From: an uncultured delta proteobacterium | Lineage (GTDB): Bacteria; Myxococcota_A; Polyangia; Palsa-1104 | Length of the DNA stretch: 64,000 nt | Direction: 5' to 3' | Assembly: GCA_963785725.1 (NCBI GenBank) | Contig: CAWAWS010000014.1 | Coordinates: 32,001-96,000 of the forward strand | Shown here: piece by piece, positions 18,263-27,995 of the stretch | Numbering within the stretch: the stretch's first letter is position 1 | How the letters are laid out: each line of letters starts with the position of its first letter | Position numbers and translations under genes: made by a program | The notes under the pieces: generated by a model | What the model saw: only the letters and a program-made list of their open reading frames with translations | Databases searched by the model: none | What the model was told of the DNA's origin: nothing

Positions 18263-18931
18263 CTACGCCGGGAAGCCGCGCGCGCCCAGCAGCGGCACGA
18301 AGATGCAGCCGCCTTGGCGCGTGATCGAGATGCCGCGCGCCGTGCGCCTGACGACGCGCAGCGACTGCAGCGCGCCCGGGCCCACGGGCGCGACCAAGCG
18401 TCCGAACGGGCCCAGCTGCGCCATCAGCTCATCGGGCACGGCCGGCGTCGCGGCGGCGACGAGGATGGCGTCATAAGGCGCTTCGTTGGGCAGGCCGACC
18501 GAGCCGTCGCCGTCGACGACATGCACGTTGCCGTAGCCGAGCGCCGTCAACAGCCAGCGCGCGCGCCGCGCCAGCTCGGGGATGCGCTCGACGGTGAACA
18601 CCTCGCGCACCAGACGCCCGAGCAGCGCCGCCTGATAACCGGAGCCGGTGCCGACCTCGAGGACGCGCTCATCGCCGTCGAGCTCGAGCAGCTCGGTCAT
18701 CCAGCCGACGACGAACGGCTGCGAAATCGTCTGCTGAAAGCCGATCGGCAGCGGCCGATCTTCGTACGCGAACGGCCGCATCGGCGCCGGCACGAACATG
18801 TGCCGCGGCAGCGACGCCATCGCCGCCAGCACGCGCACGTCGCGAATGCCGCGTGCCGCCACTTGCGCCTCCACCATGACCCGCGCCGCCCGTTGTTCCA
18901 CGAGAGCAAATATGGTGCCGATTCGCTGCAC
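18263..18931 (-). CDS. pcm: Protein-L-isoaspartate O-methyltransferase (start uncertain)
   Basis: QTISQP, LEVGTGSGYQAA, APYDAI, FVPL. Confidence 0.93.
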   Translation of the reverse strand: MQRIGTIFALVEQRAARVMVEAQVAARGIRDVRVLAAMASLPRHMFVPAPMRPFAYEDRPLPIGFQQTISQPFVVGWMTELLELDGDERVLEVGTGSGYQAALLGRLVREVFTVERIPELARRARWLLTALGYGNVHVVDGDGSVGLPNEAPYDAILVAAATPAVPDELMAQLGPFGRLVAPVGPGALQSLRVVRRTARGISITRQGGCIFVPLLGARGFPA

Positions 18932-18963
18932 ATGCAGCGTCAGTCGTCACGCCAAGCGCAACT

Positions 18964-19656
18964 TCAGTCGTTCTTGGCGCAGCGAAAGCCGATGTCGCCG
19001 TCGCGATAGTCGGGTGGGAACGCCAGGCGGTTGCTGGCGCGCGGCAGGCCGAACATCGAGCAGCAGGCGCCGCCGCGCACGACGCGACGGTCGCCGCGCC
19101 GCGGCCCTTTCGGGTTCGTCCGCGGCGCATGGCGGTAATAGCGCGCGTCGTACCAGTCGGCGACCCACTCCCAGACGTTGCCGGCCAAGTCGTGCAGCTC
19201 GCCGCCGTAGCTGCCGACGACGACGGGCTTGCCGGGGTTGCGCGGGCAGCGGCCTTCGCCGTCGAAGTTGCCGAAGTTGCCACGCGTGCAGTCGGGCTCG
19301 TCGCCCCACGGGAAGATGCGCCCGTCCGTGCCGCGCGCCGCGCGCTCCCACTCGGCTTCGGTCGGCAAACGCTCGTGCGCATAGTGGCAGTAGGCGTTGG
19401 CGTCGTTCCAGCTGACGTTCGTCACCGGCAGCCGCACGTCCGCGACGTCGGCTGCGCCCGGCTGCGGCTTACAGGCGCCGGCCGCGACGCACTGTGCATA
19501 TTCGCCGCGCGTCACCTCGTCCCGATCGAGGTAAAACGGCGCCACCACGACGGTTCGGCGCGGCTGCTCGTCGGCTTCGTCGCCGCCGCCCATGACGAAC
19601 GGGCCGCCCGCGACCTTCACCAGCAGCAAGAAAAGGGAGAATGCCAGCCGATCCAC
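18964..19656 (-). CDS. SUMF1/formylglycine-generating enzyme domain protein
   Basis: RLPTEAEWERAARG, DLAGNVWEW, GFRCA. Confidence 0.9.
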   Translation of the reverse strand: MDRLAFSLFLLLVKVAGGPFVMGGGDEADEQPRRTVVVAPFYLDRDEVTRGEYAQCVAAGACKPQPGAADVADVRLPVTNVSWNDANAYCHYAHERLPTEAEWERAARGTDGRIFPWGDEPDCTRGNFGNFDGEGRCPRNPGKPVVVGSYGGELHDLAGNVWEWVADWYDARYYRHAPRTNPKGPRRGDRRVVRGGACCSMFGLPRASNRLAFPPDYRDGDIGFRCAKND

Positions 19657-19687
19657 GGTAGAATCTATAGTCGAAAGGGACAAACCC

Positions 19688-20041
19688 ATGAAGCCGTCCA
19701 TTCGCAATACGGGCCTCGCCTTCTTGCTTCTCGGCGCCGGTCTCGTCGCTTGGGGCTTCGTCGGTCTCATCCCGAGCCCGACGTTCATCGGCGGCGGCGC
19801 CGCGGTCGCGCTCACCGGCATCGGCCTCTTCTTCCGCGCTCGCATCGCCCATCGCGCCGGCCTCGTCTTGTCGACGATCGCCACCGGCTGCGGCGGCTAC
19901 AGCCTCTACCACGCCGTCTATCCGACGATGTCGTCGCACCTCGCCGTCGCCAAAGCCGGCATCTTGACCGCCGTCGGCCTGTATCTGCTGGTGTCGCTGG
20001 TCTGGGTTCGCCCGCATTTTCGTCGCGACACCAAAGTCTGA
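19688..20041 (+). CDS. Small four-helix membrane protein
   Basis: Four hydrophobic segments; GC3-biased codons. Confidence 0.7.
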   Translation: MKPSIRNTGLAFLLLGAGLVAWGFVGLIPSPTFIGGGAAVALTGIGLFFRARIAHRAGLVLSTIATGCGGYSLYHAVYPTMSSHLAVAKAGILTAVGLYLLVSLVWVRPHFRRDTKV

Positions 20042-20107
20042 TTTCGCCGGCGGCGCCCGCAGCGTGCGCGTCGTCTCCAACTCCACGAATGACGTGAATC
20101 TCCGGCG

Positions 20108-20929
20108 ATGACGCGGGTCATCGTCGTCATTGCGCTCGCGATCGTCGTCCTCTTGGCGCTGCTGCTGTTGTGGGCGCGCTCGCTGTTCCACGAGCCGAAC
20201 GCCCGCCGCATCGGCTCGCTCGTCGACGAATTGCACGCGCGCTCGATCGTCGCCGTCTTCGCGCACCCCGACGACGAGATCAAGGTCTGCGGCCTGCTCG
20301 CCGACGCCGGCGGGCGCCACGACGTCACCGCCCGCATCATCAGCGCCGCGCAGGGCGACGGCGGCATCGTCTCCGCCGAATTCCTGCGCGCCGACCTGCC
20401 GCGCGTGCGCGCCGCCGAGCTGCGCCGGCACGCCGCGCTGCTCGGCGTGCGTGACGTCGACGTCTGGCCCTATCGCGACGGCCACGTCGCCGCCGCGCCC
20501 GCCGGCGAGCTCGAGGCGCGCATCGTCGATCGCTTGCGAACCTGGCAGCCGGACGTCGTCCTCACGTTCGATCCCGCCGGCGGCTTCTCGGCCCATCCCG
20601 ACCACGTGCGCATCGGCGCGGCCACGCGCGACGCCTTCTGCGCCGTCGGCCACGACGCACAGCCGCCACGCTGGCTCGTCTACATCTTGGCCCCGCGCGG
20701 CGCGGCCCGCGTGTTCGGCGGCGCGCGCGGCCGTCACGTCGCCGCCGTCGAGCCGGCACCTCAATTGGCCGTGCACGTCGATCCGGCGCAGCAGATTCGC
20801 GGCTGGGACACGCACCGCTCGCAGCGCGACTACATTCGCCGCAACGCCCACGTGCCCGCCTGGCTGCTGTTCCGCCTCTCCGACGACGAGCTCTACGTCG
20901 CCTACGAACGCAGCCAAGTCTGCAAGTAG
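20108..20929 (+). CDS. PIG-L/LmbE-family deacetylase with an N-terminal anchor
   Basis: AHPDDE and HPDH motifs. Confidence 0.9.
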   Translation: MTRVIVVIALAIVVLLALLLLWARSLFHEPNARRIGSLVDELHARSIVAVFAHPDDEIKVCGLLADAGGRHDVTARIISAAQGDGGIVSAEFLRADLPRVRAAELRRHAALLGVRDVDVWPYRDGHVAAAPAGELEARIVDRLRTWQPDVVLTFDPAGGFSAHPDHVRIGAATRDAFCAVGHDAQPPRWLVYILAPRGAARVFGGARGRHVAAVEPAPQLAVHVDPAQQIRGWDTHRSQRDYIRRNAHVPAWLLFRLSDDELYVAYERSQVCK

Positions 20930-21033
20930 CCGATGTTGGTTATGATTTAGCGACATGTCAGACGTGTGACAGGAGTGCTAAAGTCGTGCGCTCTTGGCCC
21001 GATGTAACTCATGCAGTGGGCGAGGCGGGGTTG

Positions 21034-21621
21034 ATGCAAGTCGCAGCGGGGGAGATTCCGGAAGCCAAGGCGGCCGGCTTCGTGACGGTGACCACGGTCC
21101 TGCGCGAAATGTTGGGGCCGGACAAGTTCGCGCACGTCGTCAGCAAGCTGCCGTCGCCGACGGCGGCGCTGGTGAAGACGCCGCCGTTGCCGCTGCAGTG
21201 GATTCCCTGCGATCGCTACGCCGAGCTGGTCTCGACGGCGCTGACGCACGGCTTCGGCGGCGACGAAGAGCAGCTCATCGAAATGGGCCGGCGCGCGTTC
21301 TTTCACGACTTGAAGACGCTCTATCGACTGTTCGTGCGGCTGCGCTCGCCGGCGTGGGTCATCGAGCGCGGCTCGAAGCTGTGGCTCACTTACAATCGCA
21401 ACAACGGCCTCTTGCACACGAAGCAGATCGGCGATCGGCAGTGCCAGGTCACGTACGAAAAAGTGTGCGCCATCTATCCCGGCTTTTGGTCCTATCAGCG
21501 CGGCTGCTTGCTCGCCGTCGTCAAGGCGACCGGCTATCCGAACGCGACGGTGTCGTTCACGAGCGGCGGCAACACCAGCGGCGACCGCACGCTCGCGATC
21601 GACTGGGGCGAGAAAGTCTAA
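21034..21621 (+). CDS. Hypothetical protein, possibly DUF2378/TIGR02265-like
   Basis: PPLPLQWIP, EMGRR and SPAWVIER resemble a myxobacterial family; start uncertain. Confidence 0.6.
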   Translation: MQVAAGEIPEAKAAGFVTVTTVLREMLGPDKFAHVVSKLPSPTAALVKTPPLPLQWIPCDRYAELVSTALTHGFGGDEEQLIEMGRRAFFHDLKTLYRLFVRLRSPAWVIERGSKLWLTYNRNNGLLHTKQIGDRQCQVTYEKVCAIYPGFWSYQRGCLLAVVKATGYPNATVSFTSGGNTSGDRTLAIDWGEKV

Positions 21622-22268
21622 GGCGCGGGTGCGACGGTGATGCGCGGCCAATCGACGGCGTGCGCGTAATACGCCGCTTCGCCGCCGACGAACGCCGCCG
21701 GATGGCCCGCGAACCCGACGCGCACCGTCGAGTCCGTATAGTTGTGCCGTCCCGCTTGCGTGATCTCGGGGCCGTCGGCCCGTAAGGCATCGGCGCTCTT
21801 GCCGCTCGGGCGGACGATGGCGATGTGGCCGGGCTTGTCGTCGCGGTGGTTGCGATAGACGACGACCACGAATTGGCCGCGATTGGCCGCCGCCTGCGCC
21901 GCCGCGCCGTCGGCGAGCGCGTGCCAGCCCGCTTGCGCGCCTGCGCCGCCGAGCCAGTCGTGCTGGGCGTTGGCGAGCAGCACTTGACTATGCTCGGGCG
22001 GCCGCAAAATGTAGATGCCGAGCCGCTCGGCGATGGCGGCGACGAAGGCGCTGCAGTGCGTGTGGACGCCGGTGCCGTGCTCCGGCTTGCCGTCGGGGAT
22101 GCCGGTGCGCCAGTCGACGTGCTGCTCGGCCGGCCAATGCTGCTCGACGTGCGCGCCGTCGAGCACGGCGAGCAGCTTGCGCGCGTCGGGCGGCAACTCC
22201 GCGGCGCGCGCCGGCGCGGCCAAGCCGACGGCGAGCGAGACGACTGCGAGAACGACCGATCTCGTCAC
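21618..22268 (-). CDS. Secreted protein with a papain-like (CHAP/NlpC-type) Cys-His pattern
   Basis: Signal peptide; THCSAFV, KPGHIAIV, ITQAG. Confidence 0.65.
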   Translation of the reverse strand: MTRSVVLAVVSLAVGLAAPARAAELPPDARKLLAVLDGAHVEQHWPAEQHVDWRTGIPDGKPEHGTGVHTHCSAFVAAIAERLGIYILRPPEHSQVLLANAQHDWLGGAGAQAGWHALADGAAAQAAANRGQFVVVVYRNHRDDKPGHIAIVRPSGKSADALRADGPEITQAGRHNYTDSTVRVGFAGHPAAFVGGEAAYYAHAVDWPRITVAPAP

Positions 22269-22550
22269 GCGCGTACCCTCGCACGCTGCGGCCCTGGGCG
22301 CGCCCGACGAGCGGCGCTGCGGATCGGTGCGTCGTCCTTCGCGATTGCGCAGCTGCGGCCGATTGTCGCTTGGTCGACTGTCGCCTAAATGAGACAGCAT
22401 GTGTCGGCGTCGGTCTGGGACGGCGCTAGTTTGGGCTGATCGGCCATTTCCCGGCATTTTAGCGCTGATTTTGCGAAAAAAGCAGTGACGCGCGATTGAC
22501 TGTCACGCGACGTCGATCTTCAATCGCCCACTTCAAGGGGAGAAATATCA

Positions 22551-23015
22551 ATGAAGCTCGCTCGTGCTGCGCTCGTGTTTGCTGCGTTCTCGACTGTCGC
22601 TGCTTGCGCCGGAAGCAACGCCGCCGTCATGTCCGATCAAGAGATCGGCAGCTTCGGGACCAAGTCGTTCGAGGCGTCGAAGCCCAAAGTGTTCGCCGCC
22701 GCCATCGGCGCGTTGAAGGCGCAGGGCTATCAGATCGCGTCGCAGAACGAGGAGAAGGGCACGATCTTGACGGCGCGCAAGGTCATCCGCGCGGTGGCCG
22801 TGGGTAACGCGTATCAGGCGACGGCCGTCGACGTCACGCGCCAATATTTCCTGCAGCTCAACCACACGGGCGGGCAGACGGTCGTCGTCGCGCGGCCGAG
22901 CGTCTACCAAGGCGAGGCCGATCTCTCGGCGCAAAAGGTGTGGGATCTCGAGGGTCCCGTCGGCGAGCGCGTGCTCTGGAACAGCCTGTTCAAGCAGATC
23001 AGCGAGCTCTTGTAG
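22551..23015 (+). CDS. Lipoprotein, hypothetical
   Basis: Lipobox VAAC; AGGGGAG RBS. Confidence 0.8.
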   Translation: MKLARAALVFAAFSTVAACAGSNAAVMSDQEIGSFGTKSFEASKPKVFAAAIGALKAQGYQIASQNEEKGTILTARKVIRAVAVGNAYQATAVDVTRQYFLQLNHTGGQTVVVARPSVYQGEADLSAQKVWDLEGPVGERVLWNSLFKQISELL

Positions 23016-23018
23016 ACG

Positions 23019-23357
23019 GTGGGCGCGTCGTTCGCGGGCACGAAATTCGGCGAAGCGGCCTATGTCGTCAAGAGCGGCGCGCGCGCGAGCCTGCTCTTTT
23101 GCGACGCCATCCAGAATTCGCGACCGGGCCGCGGCGTCAACGGCTTCATGTTCAAGCTCATGGGCTTCACCGGCGACGAGCTGAAGGCCCCGCCGTTCTA
23201 CGAGCTGCGCGCGGTCAGCGACGAAGCGGCCCTCGCGCGCGACCTCTGGCGGCTCGCCGACACGCCGGCGTTGACGCGCCTCATTCCCAGCCACGGGCTC
23301 GTCGTCGACCGCGATGCCGCGGCCGCGCTGCGCACCGCCGTCAACCGATATTACTGA
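23019..23357 (+). pseudogene. C-terminal remnant of a metallo-beta-lactamase-fold protein
   Basis: LLFCDAI and RLIPSHG are C-terminal MBL-fold motifs; N-terminal half and RBS absent. Confidence 0.5.
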
Positions 23358-23367
23358 AGTAACTGCT

Positions 23368-24072
23368 TCAGTGTTTGCTGCCGCTGTCGTCGTCGTCGGT
23401 GTGGCCGTGGCGCGCGCGGCCGAGGACGCCCTCGAGCTCCTGCAGTATCTCGTCCGACAGCAGCGTGTTCGCGTTGGCCGCCTGCGTCTCGGCGCGCAAG
23501 GCTTCGGTCGCGCGCGCGTGCCGCCGCACGTCGGCGGGCGAGCGCGCGGCGCGGCGTGCGCGGCGCCGGCGCTCCCGACGTCGCGACCACAAGCGGCCGA
23601 AGAGCGACCACGCGCGCGCGCCGTCGAGCGGCGCGATCGGCAGCAGATTGAACGCCATCGTGAGCGCGTTGGGCGCGATGAACACGCCGAGCAGCTCGCG
23701 TAAGAATCGATCGGAAGGCGCGCCGCCGAGCGCGACGATCGTCAGCGCGGCGACGAGCAAGAGCGCTTGGCCGAGCACGCCGCCCCAGGCGATGACCGAG
23801 CGCTGCAACGGCGTGACGTTGCCGCGATAGCTGCATTCGCCGCCGAAGGCGTGCAGATCGATGGCCACGACTTTCAGGCGATAGCGCGTCACCAAGAGCG
23901 CGTGTCCCAGCTCGTGCACGAGGATCATGAGCGCGAAGCCGAGCCACGCGCCGGGCTCGAATTGGCCGCGGCTGAAAAAGAGCGCGCCGAGGATGAGCGA
24001 CGCGTGGAGCCGCACGGGCGCGCCGCGATAGCGGCCGAGCGTCCACGTGCTCCATGATGTTCGGTTCGACAT
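23368..24072 (-). CDS. Site-2 (M50) intramembrane metalloprotease
   Basis: HELGH and FNLLPIAPLDG. Confidence 0.9.
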   Translation of the reverse strand: MSNRTSWSTWTLGRYRGAPVRLHASLILGALFFSRGQFEPGAWLGFALMILVHELGHALLVTRYRLKVVAIDLHAFGGECSYRGNVTPLQRSVIAWGGVLGQALLLVAALTIVALGGAPSDRFLRELLGVFIAPNALTMAFNLLPIAPLDGARAWSLFGRLWSRRRERRRRARRAARSPADVRRHARATEALRAETQAANANTLLSDEILQELEGVLGRARHGHTDDDDSGSKH

Positions 24073-24244
24073 TGGTGTGGCTCGCCGGCGACGTCAGTCG
24101 GCCGTACGCGATCAGTGCCCGAATTCGCGCGCGAACGACATCGCCTCGTCGCGCGATGTCTCCGACGAGAGACATGCCGGACGTCGATCGCGGCTGCGCC
24201 CCGTGCAATGAATAACGGCTCGGCGCACGCGTCAGGCTGCAACG

Positions 24245-24709
24245 ATGTGGCGAGCGCTGTCCGCAGCCATTCTGAGCGCGGCGATGGCGACGGGCTGCGC
24301 GCACAGTCCGCAGCCCGAGGATTCCGGAGTGCCCTGCCTGAGCTTTCGGCGCGAAGGTCGGCACACCCGCTATTTTCTCGGTGACGCGACCGCCTCGTCG
24401 GCCGACGTCGACCGGGCGATGGCGAGAGTCCCGCGCGCCGCGGCGGCCGAAGCGCGTCGCGGCCGCCTGAGCGCGGCCGCGGCCGCAACCGGCATGGCCG
24501 CCCACGGGCTCACCTTCCTCGTCGGCGCGCCTCTGCTGCTGAGCAGCCACTCGACGGCGCAAACGGATGCGGGCGCGGCGCTGATGACCGCGTTCCCCCT
24601 CGGCTTCGTGGCGATCAGCGTCCTCCTCGAGGAATCGGGTCGTGCACGCCGGGAAGCGATCGACCGGTTCAACGCCGCTTCCGACGACAGCGGGCGCTGC
24701 CCGCCTTGA
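24245..24709 (+). CDS. Hypothetical lipoprotein/membrane protein
   Basis: Lipobox-like ATGC and two hydrophobic helices. Confidence 0.55.
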   Translation: MWRALSAAILSAAMATGCAHSPQPEDSGVPCLSFRREGRHTRYFLGDATASSADVDRAMARVPRAAAAEARRGRLSAAAAATGMAAHGLTFLVGAPLLLSSHSTAQTDAGAALMTAFPLGFVAISVLLEESGRARREAIDRFNAASDDSGRCPP

Positions 24710-24741
24710 CGCGATCGCAGACTATTCGACGAGCGACACCG

Positions 24742-25137
24742 CTACTTCGCGCGCTTCAGCCGCGCATTCTGACGCGCACGCCACAGCGGACGCAGCATCA
24801 GCGACAAGCCGAGCAAGGAGCCGACGACGCCTTGCAGCGAGCTGCGATCGGCCGCGTCGACCGAATCGGAGGCGTGCGCCGCGGCGAACCCGAATCCGGC
24901 CAAGAACAGGAGCATGCCCACGACGAACAGGATGGTCCACGGCGCGGACCCTTTGGGCAGACGATGGAGCGCGACACCGACGGCGGCCGAGAGCAGCGCG
25001 GCGACCGAGCAGGGCAGCGCCACCACGACGTTGGGATGATGGGGAGCACCGGAATCGGCGTAACAGCAGACCAACGCGACGACGAGCCAGAAGAGCGCCC
25101 CCAGACAAATGACGGCGGCCAACAGCGACTTCAGCAT
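24742..25137 (-). CDS. Hypothetical membrane protein
   Basis: Four hydrophobic helices; start uncertain. Confidence 0.45.
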   Translation of the reverse strand: MLKSLLAAVICLGALFWLVVALVCCYADSGAPHHPNVVVALPCSVAALLSAAVGVALHRLPKGSAPWTILFVVGMLLFLAGFGFAAAHASDSVDAADRSSLQGVVGSLLGLSLMLRPLWRARQNARLKRAK

Positions 25138-25566
25138 CACCAGCTGGTCTAACACGTCCGCCGGTGGCGCTCTCGCGACGATGATCACCCGGCTTCGAAG
25201 CCTTCCCATCCGCTCGGCCGGGTTTCTCGCGGGCGCGTCGAACCCGAGCGCCTCCGGTCTCGGTCCGACGAGCGATGCGTCATGCCGCAGCGACGGAGCA
25301 ACCCGGTCGAGAATCGGCCGTACTGAAGAAGCGCTCGGCGATCGCGAGGCCGGGCAAGCACGTCAGCGCGCGAAGATGGCGCATCCGACGCGACGACGAA
25401 GGTCGCATCAGGCGACAAAACGCGTGCCGCCACGGCGCTTGCGACTGGTCGACCGAGTCGGCTTTCTCGTCGGGCGACACCGCCTCGGGCGCGAAGCCGA
25501 CGCGCGAATAAGGCAGCGAGCCGATGGTCGCTGCAGTCGCTGTGCGCAAATGGCAGCGGAAGAGAG

Positions 25567-26070
25567 GTGAGCATGGGCACGACCAATCGCCTCGCGTTCC
25601 TGACGCTCCTCATGGTCACGACCGCGCATCCGGCCAGCGCTGCACCCACCGATTGCGCGCCGTTGCCCTTGCCGTTGGCGCTGCCGTTGGCGGCAACGCC
25701 TTGCTGCCCGTGCGCCTGCGAGCTAGCCGAGCTGCAGGCCCGAGAGCGCGCGGCGCGCGAGATGCTTGCGGTGGGCCTGACGGTCTTGGTGCCGGCCTAC
25801 ATCGCCGGAACGGCCTACGCGTTTTCGCTGCCGGGCAGCGTGCGCGCGGTCGATAGTCTGCCCATCTTCGGGGCGCTCGCCGCCGGCGCGCGCGACACCA
25901 GGCGCGACAACCATTCGGCGCTCTTCTTTTCCAGCGGCGCGCAGTTCATCGGCGCCTTCATGACCGTGCTGGCAGCGGTCGAGTTGGCGAACGTCCACGA
26001 GCGGCGCTGGCAGTTCGACGTCGCTGCCGGCCCGGGCTCGGCCCAGCTGTCGGCGCAGCTGCACTGGTGA
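25567..26070 (+). CDS. Hypothetical exported/membrane protein
   Basis: Signal peptide, PCCPCAC motif, hydrophobic helices, terminal Trp; GAGAGG RBS-like sequence. Confidence 0.6.
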   Translation: MSMGTTNRLAFLTLLMVTTAHPASAAPTDCAPLPLPLALPLAATPCCPCACELAELQARERAAREMLAVGLTVLVPAYIAGTAYAFSLPGSVRAVDSLPIFGALAAGARDTRRDNHSALFFSSGAQFIGAFMTVLAAVELANVHERRWQFDVAAGPGSAQLSAQLHW

Positions 26071-26147
26071 AGAGCCATCCGCGCCGCACGGGTTGCGGCA
26101 AATGAGCGTCCGCTCTGGCGCAAAGCTGCGGCGGTGGTGGCGCCTGG

Positions 26148-26640
26148 CTAGTCGCCGGGATGGTAGGCGATGCGCCAGCCTTTGTTCAGCGTCAGCCCTT
26201 CCATCGGCAGCTCCCGCGGGTCGTTGGACAGGTGGCGCTCGGCCAATCCGCTCGTGGGCGTGGCGTCCTTCGCTTTGATCAGGAACCAGCCACCGTGTCG
26301 CCAGTCATCGGTGAGGCGAACGAACAGCGTGTCGTCGTCAATGACGCAGGCGAAGCCGCCGACGAATGTCTCTTCGAAGTCGCAGTCGTAGAGGTTGCTC
26401 ACCCGCGTCACGCCATTCGGGCTGCGCGCCAGCGCCGCTTCGGCTTCGTGGATTCGCAGGTCGGCGCTGGCGAGCGTCGGTCTGGAGATCGCCAGCCACA
26501 GATTGACGCCCAAGAAGAGCAGCGCGAAGAACAGCGTGGGAATCAGGGGCACTGCGAGCACGGCCCACACCCACCGCGGCACCGGCTTCAGCGGCGCTCC
26601 GTCAGGCTTGGGGGCAATCGACCACGGCAACAGGCTCATC
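26148..26640 (-). CDS. Hypothetical single-pass membrane protein
   Basis: GAGGGAG RBS; one TM helix. Confidence 0.5.
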
Positions 26641-26857
26641 GAGCTCCCTCGCGTGTAAATCCGAACCGTGTCAACGAGCGCGGAGCGTGTCAATGGGCCT
26701 GAGCGGTCGGACGGCGCGCGCTACGCCGGTTTTTGGCGCAGATACATCTCCACATCCGAACGACAAAAGAGCAGCTGCCGCCAGGCGGGACGCCGAGCTG
26801 ATCATCGTCAGGTCGTCGCTGCGTCGATTCGATGTCCGCAACGACGGACGCTTTCCG

Positions 26858-27028
26858 CTAACTCATGAATCCGGGTCCTCGGTCGCTTTCGCCGCGTGCC
26901 GTCTCGGCTATGAACGCGTCGATCTCCGCGTCGGCTGCGGCAAGCAGGCTCTCGGGCACGACGTTGCGGACCACCAGGTAACCTTCAGACGCGAACTCGC
27001 GAAGGCGCTCGCTCGTCAGCCAACGCAT
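26858..27028 (-). pseudogene. N-terminal fragment of a phytanoyl-CoA dioxygenase-family gene
   Basis: LTSERLREFASEGYLVVRNVVP is a typical PhyH N-terminus; stops after about 56 aa. Confidence 0.6.
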
Positions 27029-27280
27029 GCAGCCGAGCATGTGGCCGACGCCAGCTCCGCGCAACCGCTTGCCTGTCCCGCTCAGCCTTGAGAGCGTCGC
27101 CAGCAGTCGTCGACGCCGGGCCCCGCAGATTGGACAAGCAGCGCCTTCAGGAAGCTGCCTCAAGAGTCAGAGCGCTTCAGGAGTCTTTAGGCAAAGCCTC
27201 CGGCTGTCCGGCTGCCGGATCTTGTCCGGCTGCCGAATCGAAATCCGCCGCAACTACCCGAATCCGCGTAGCCGCTCGCG

Positions 27281-27296
27281 TGGCACGCGCTGTGCT
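27281..27296 (+). promoter_or_regulatory. Putative sigma54 (-24/-12) promoter of radC
   Basis: TGGCACGCGCTGTGCT versus consensus TGGCAC-N5-TTGC(A/T). Confidence 0.55.
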
Positions 27297-27308
27297 GAGC
27301 CTCGCCGC

Positions 27309-27947
27309 ATGTCCGCTCAGGCCACGATCATTCCGGCGACGCTGCCCGACCAGTGCAACGACATCGAGCTGTTGGCGCTGACGCTCGGCCATCTGTCGCC
27401 GCGACGTGCGGCGCGCCTCCTGTCGCGCTTCGGCGGCGTGCACGGCCTGGCGCAGGCGTCGTTCGATGAGCTTGAGCGCGAGCGCGTGCCGCAAGCGCGC
27501 GCCCGTCAGCTGCAAGCGGCGCTCGAGCTCGGCCGGCGCACGATCGATCGACCGCTACGTCGCGGCGTGCCGATGACGAACGGCACCGCGGTCGTGGACT
27601 TCCTCAACGGCCGGCTGGCGCCGCGCGAGCAAGAGGAGCTGCACGTCATTGGCGTCGACATTCGCCTGCAGGTCATGACGCACTTCGTGGCCGCGGTCGG
27701 GTCGTCGTCGGAGGTGCAGGTCGACGCGCGCGACGTCTTCCGCCCGCTCGTGCGTCACAACGTCTACGGCTGCCTCATCGCGCACAACCATCCGTCGGGC
27801 GATCCGGCGCCGAGCGACGAGGACAAGAAGCTGACGCGCCGGTTGGCGGCGGCCGGCGAGCTCATCGGCGTCAAGCTGCTCGATCACGTCATCATTTCCA
27901 GCGGTGGCCACTACAGCTTCGCGGCCATGGGCTGGCGGCGCGAATGA
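27309..27947 (+). CDS. radC: RadC/JAB-domain protein
   Basis: LLSRFGG, AALELGRR, AHNHPSGDPAPSDED, LLDHVII. Confidence 0.93.
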   Translation: MSAQATIIPATLPDQCNDIELLALTLGHLSPRRAARLLSRFGGVHGLAQASFDELERERVPQARARQLQAALELGRRTIDRPLRRGVPMTNGTAVVDFLNGRLAPREQEELHVIGVDIRLQVMTHFVAAVGSSSEVQVDARDVFRPLVRHNVYGCLIAHNHPSGDPAPSDEDKKLTRRLAAAGELIGVKLLDHVIISSGGHYSFAAMGWRRE

Positions 27948-27995
27948 CGAGGAATTTGGATCACCGGACGGCGTTGTATAAGCTAGCCCCGACGG

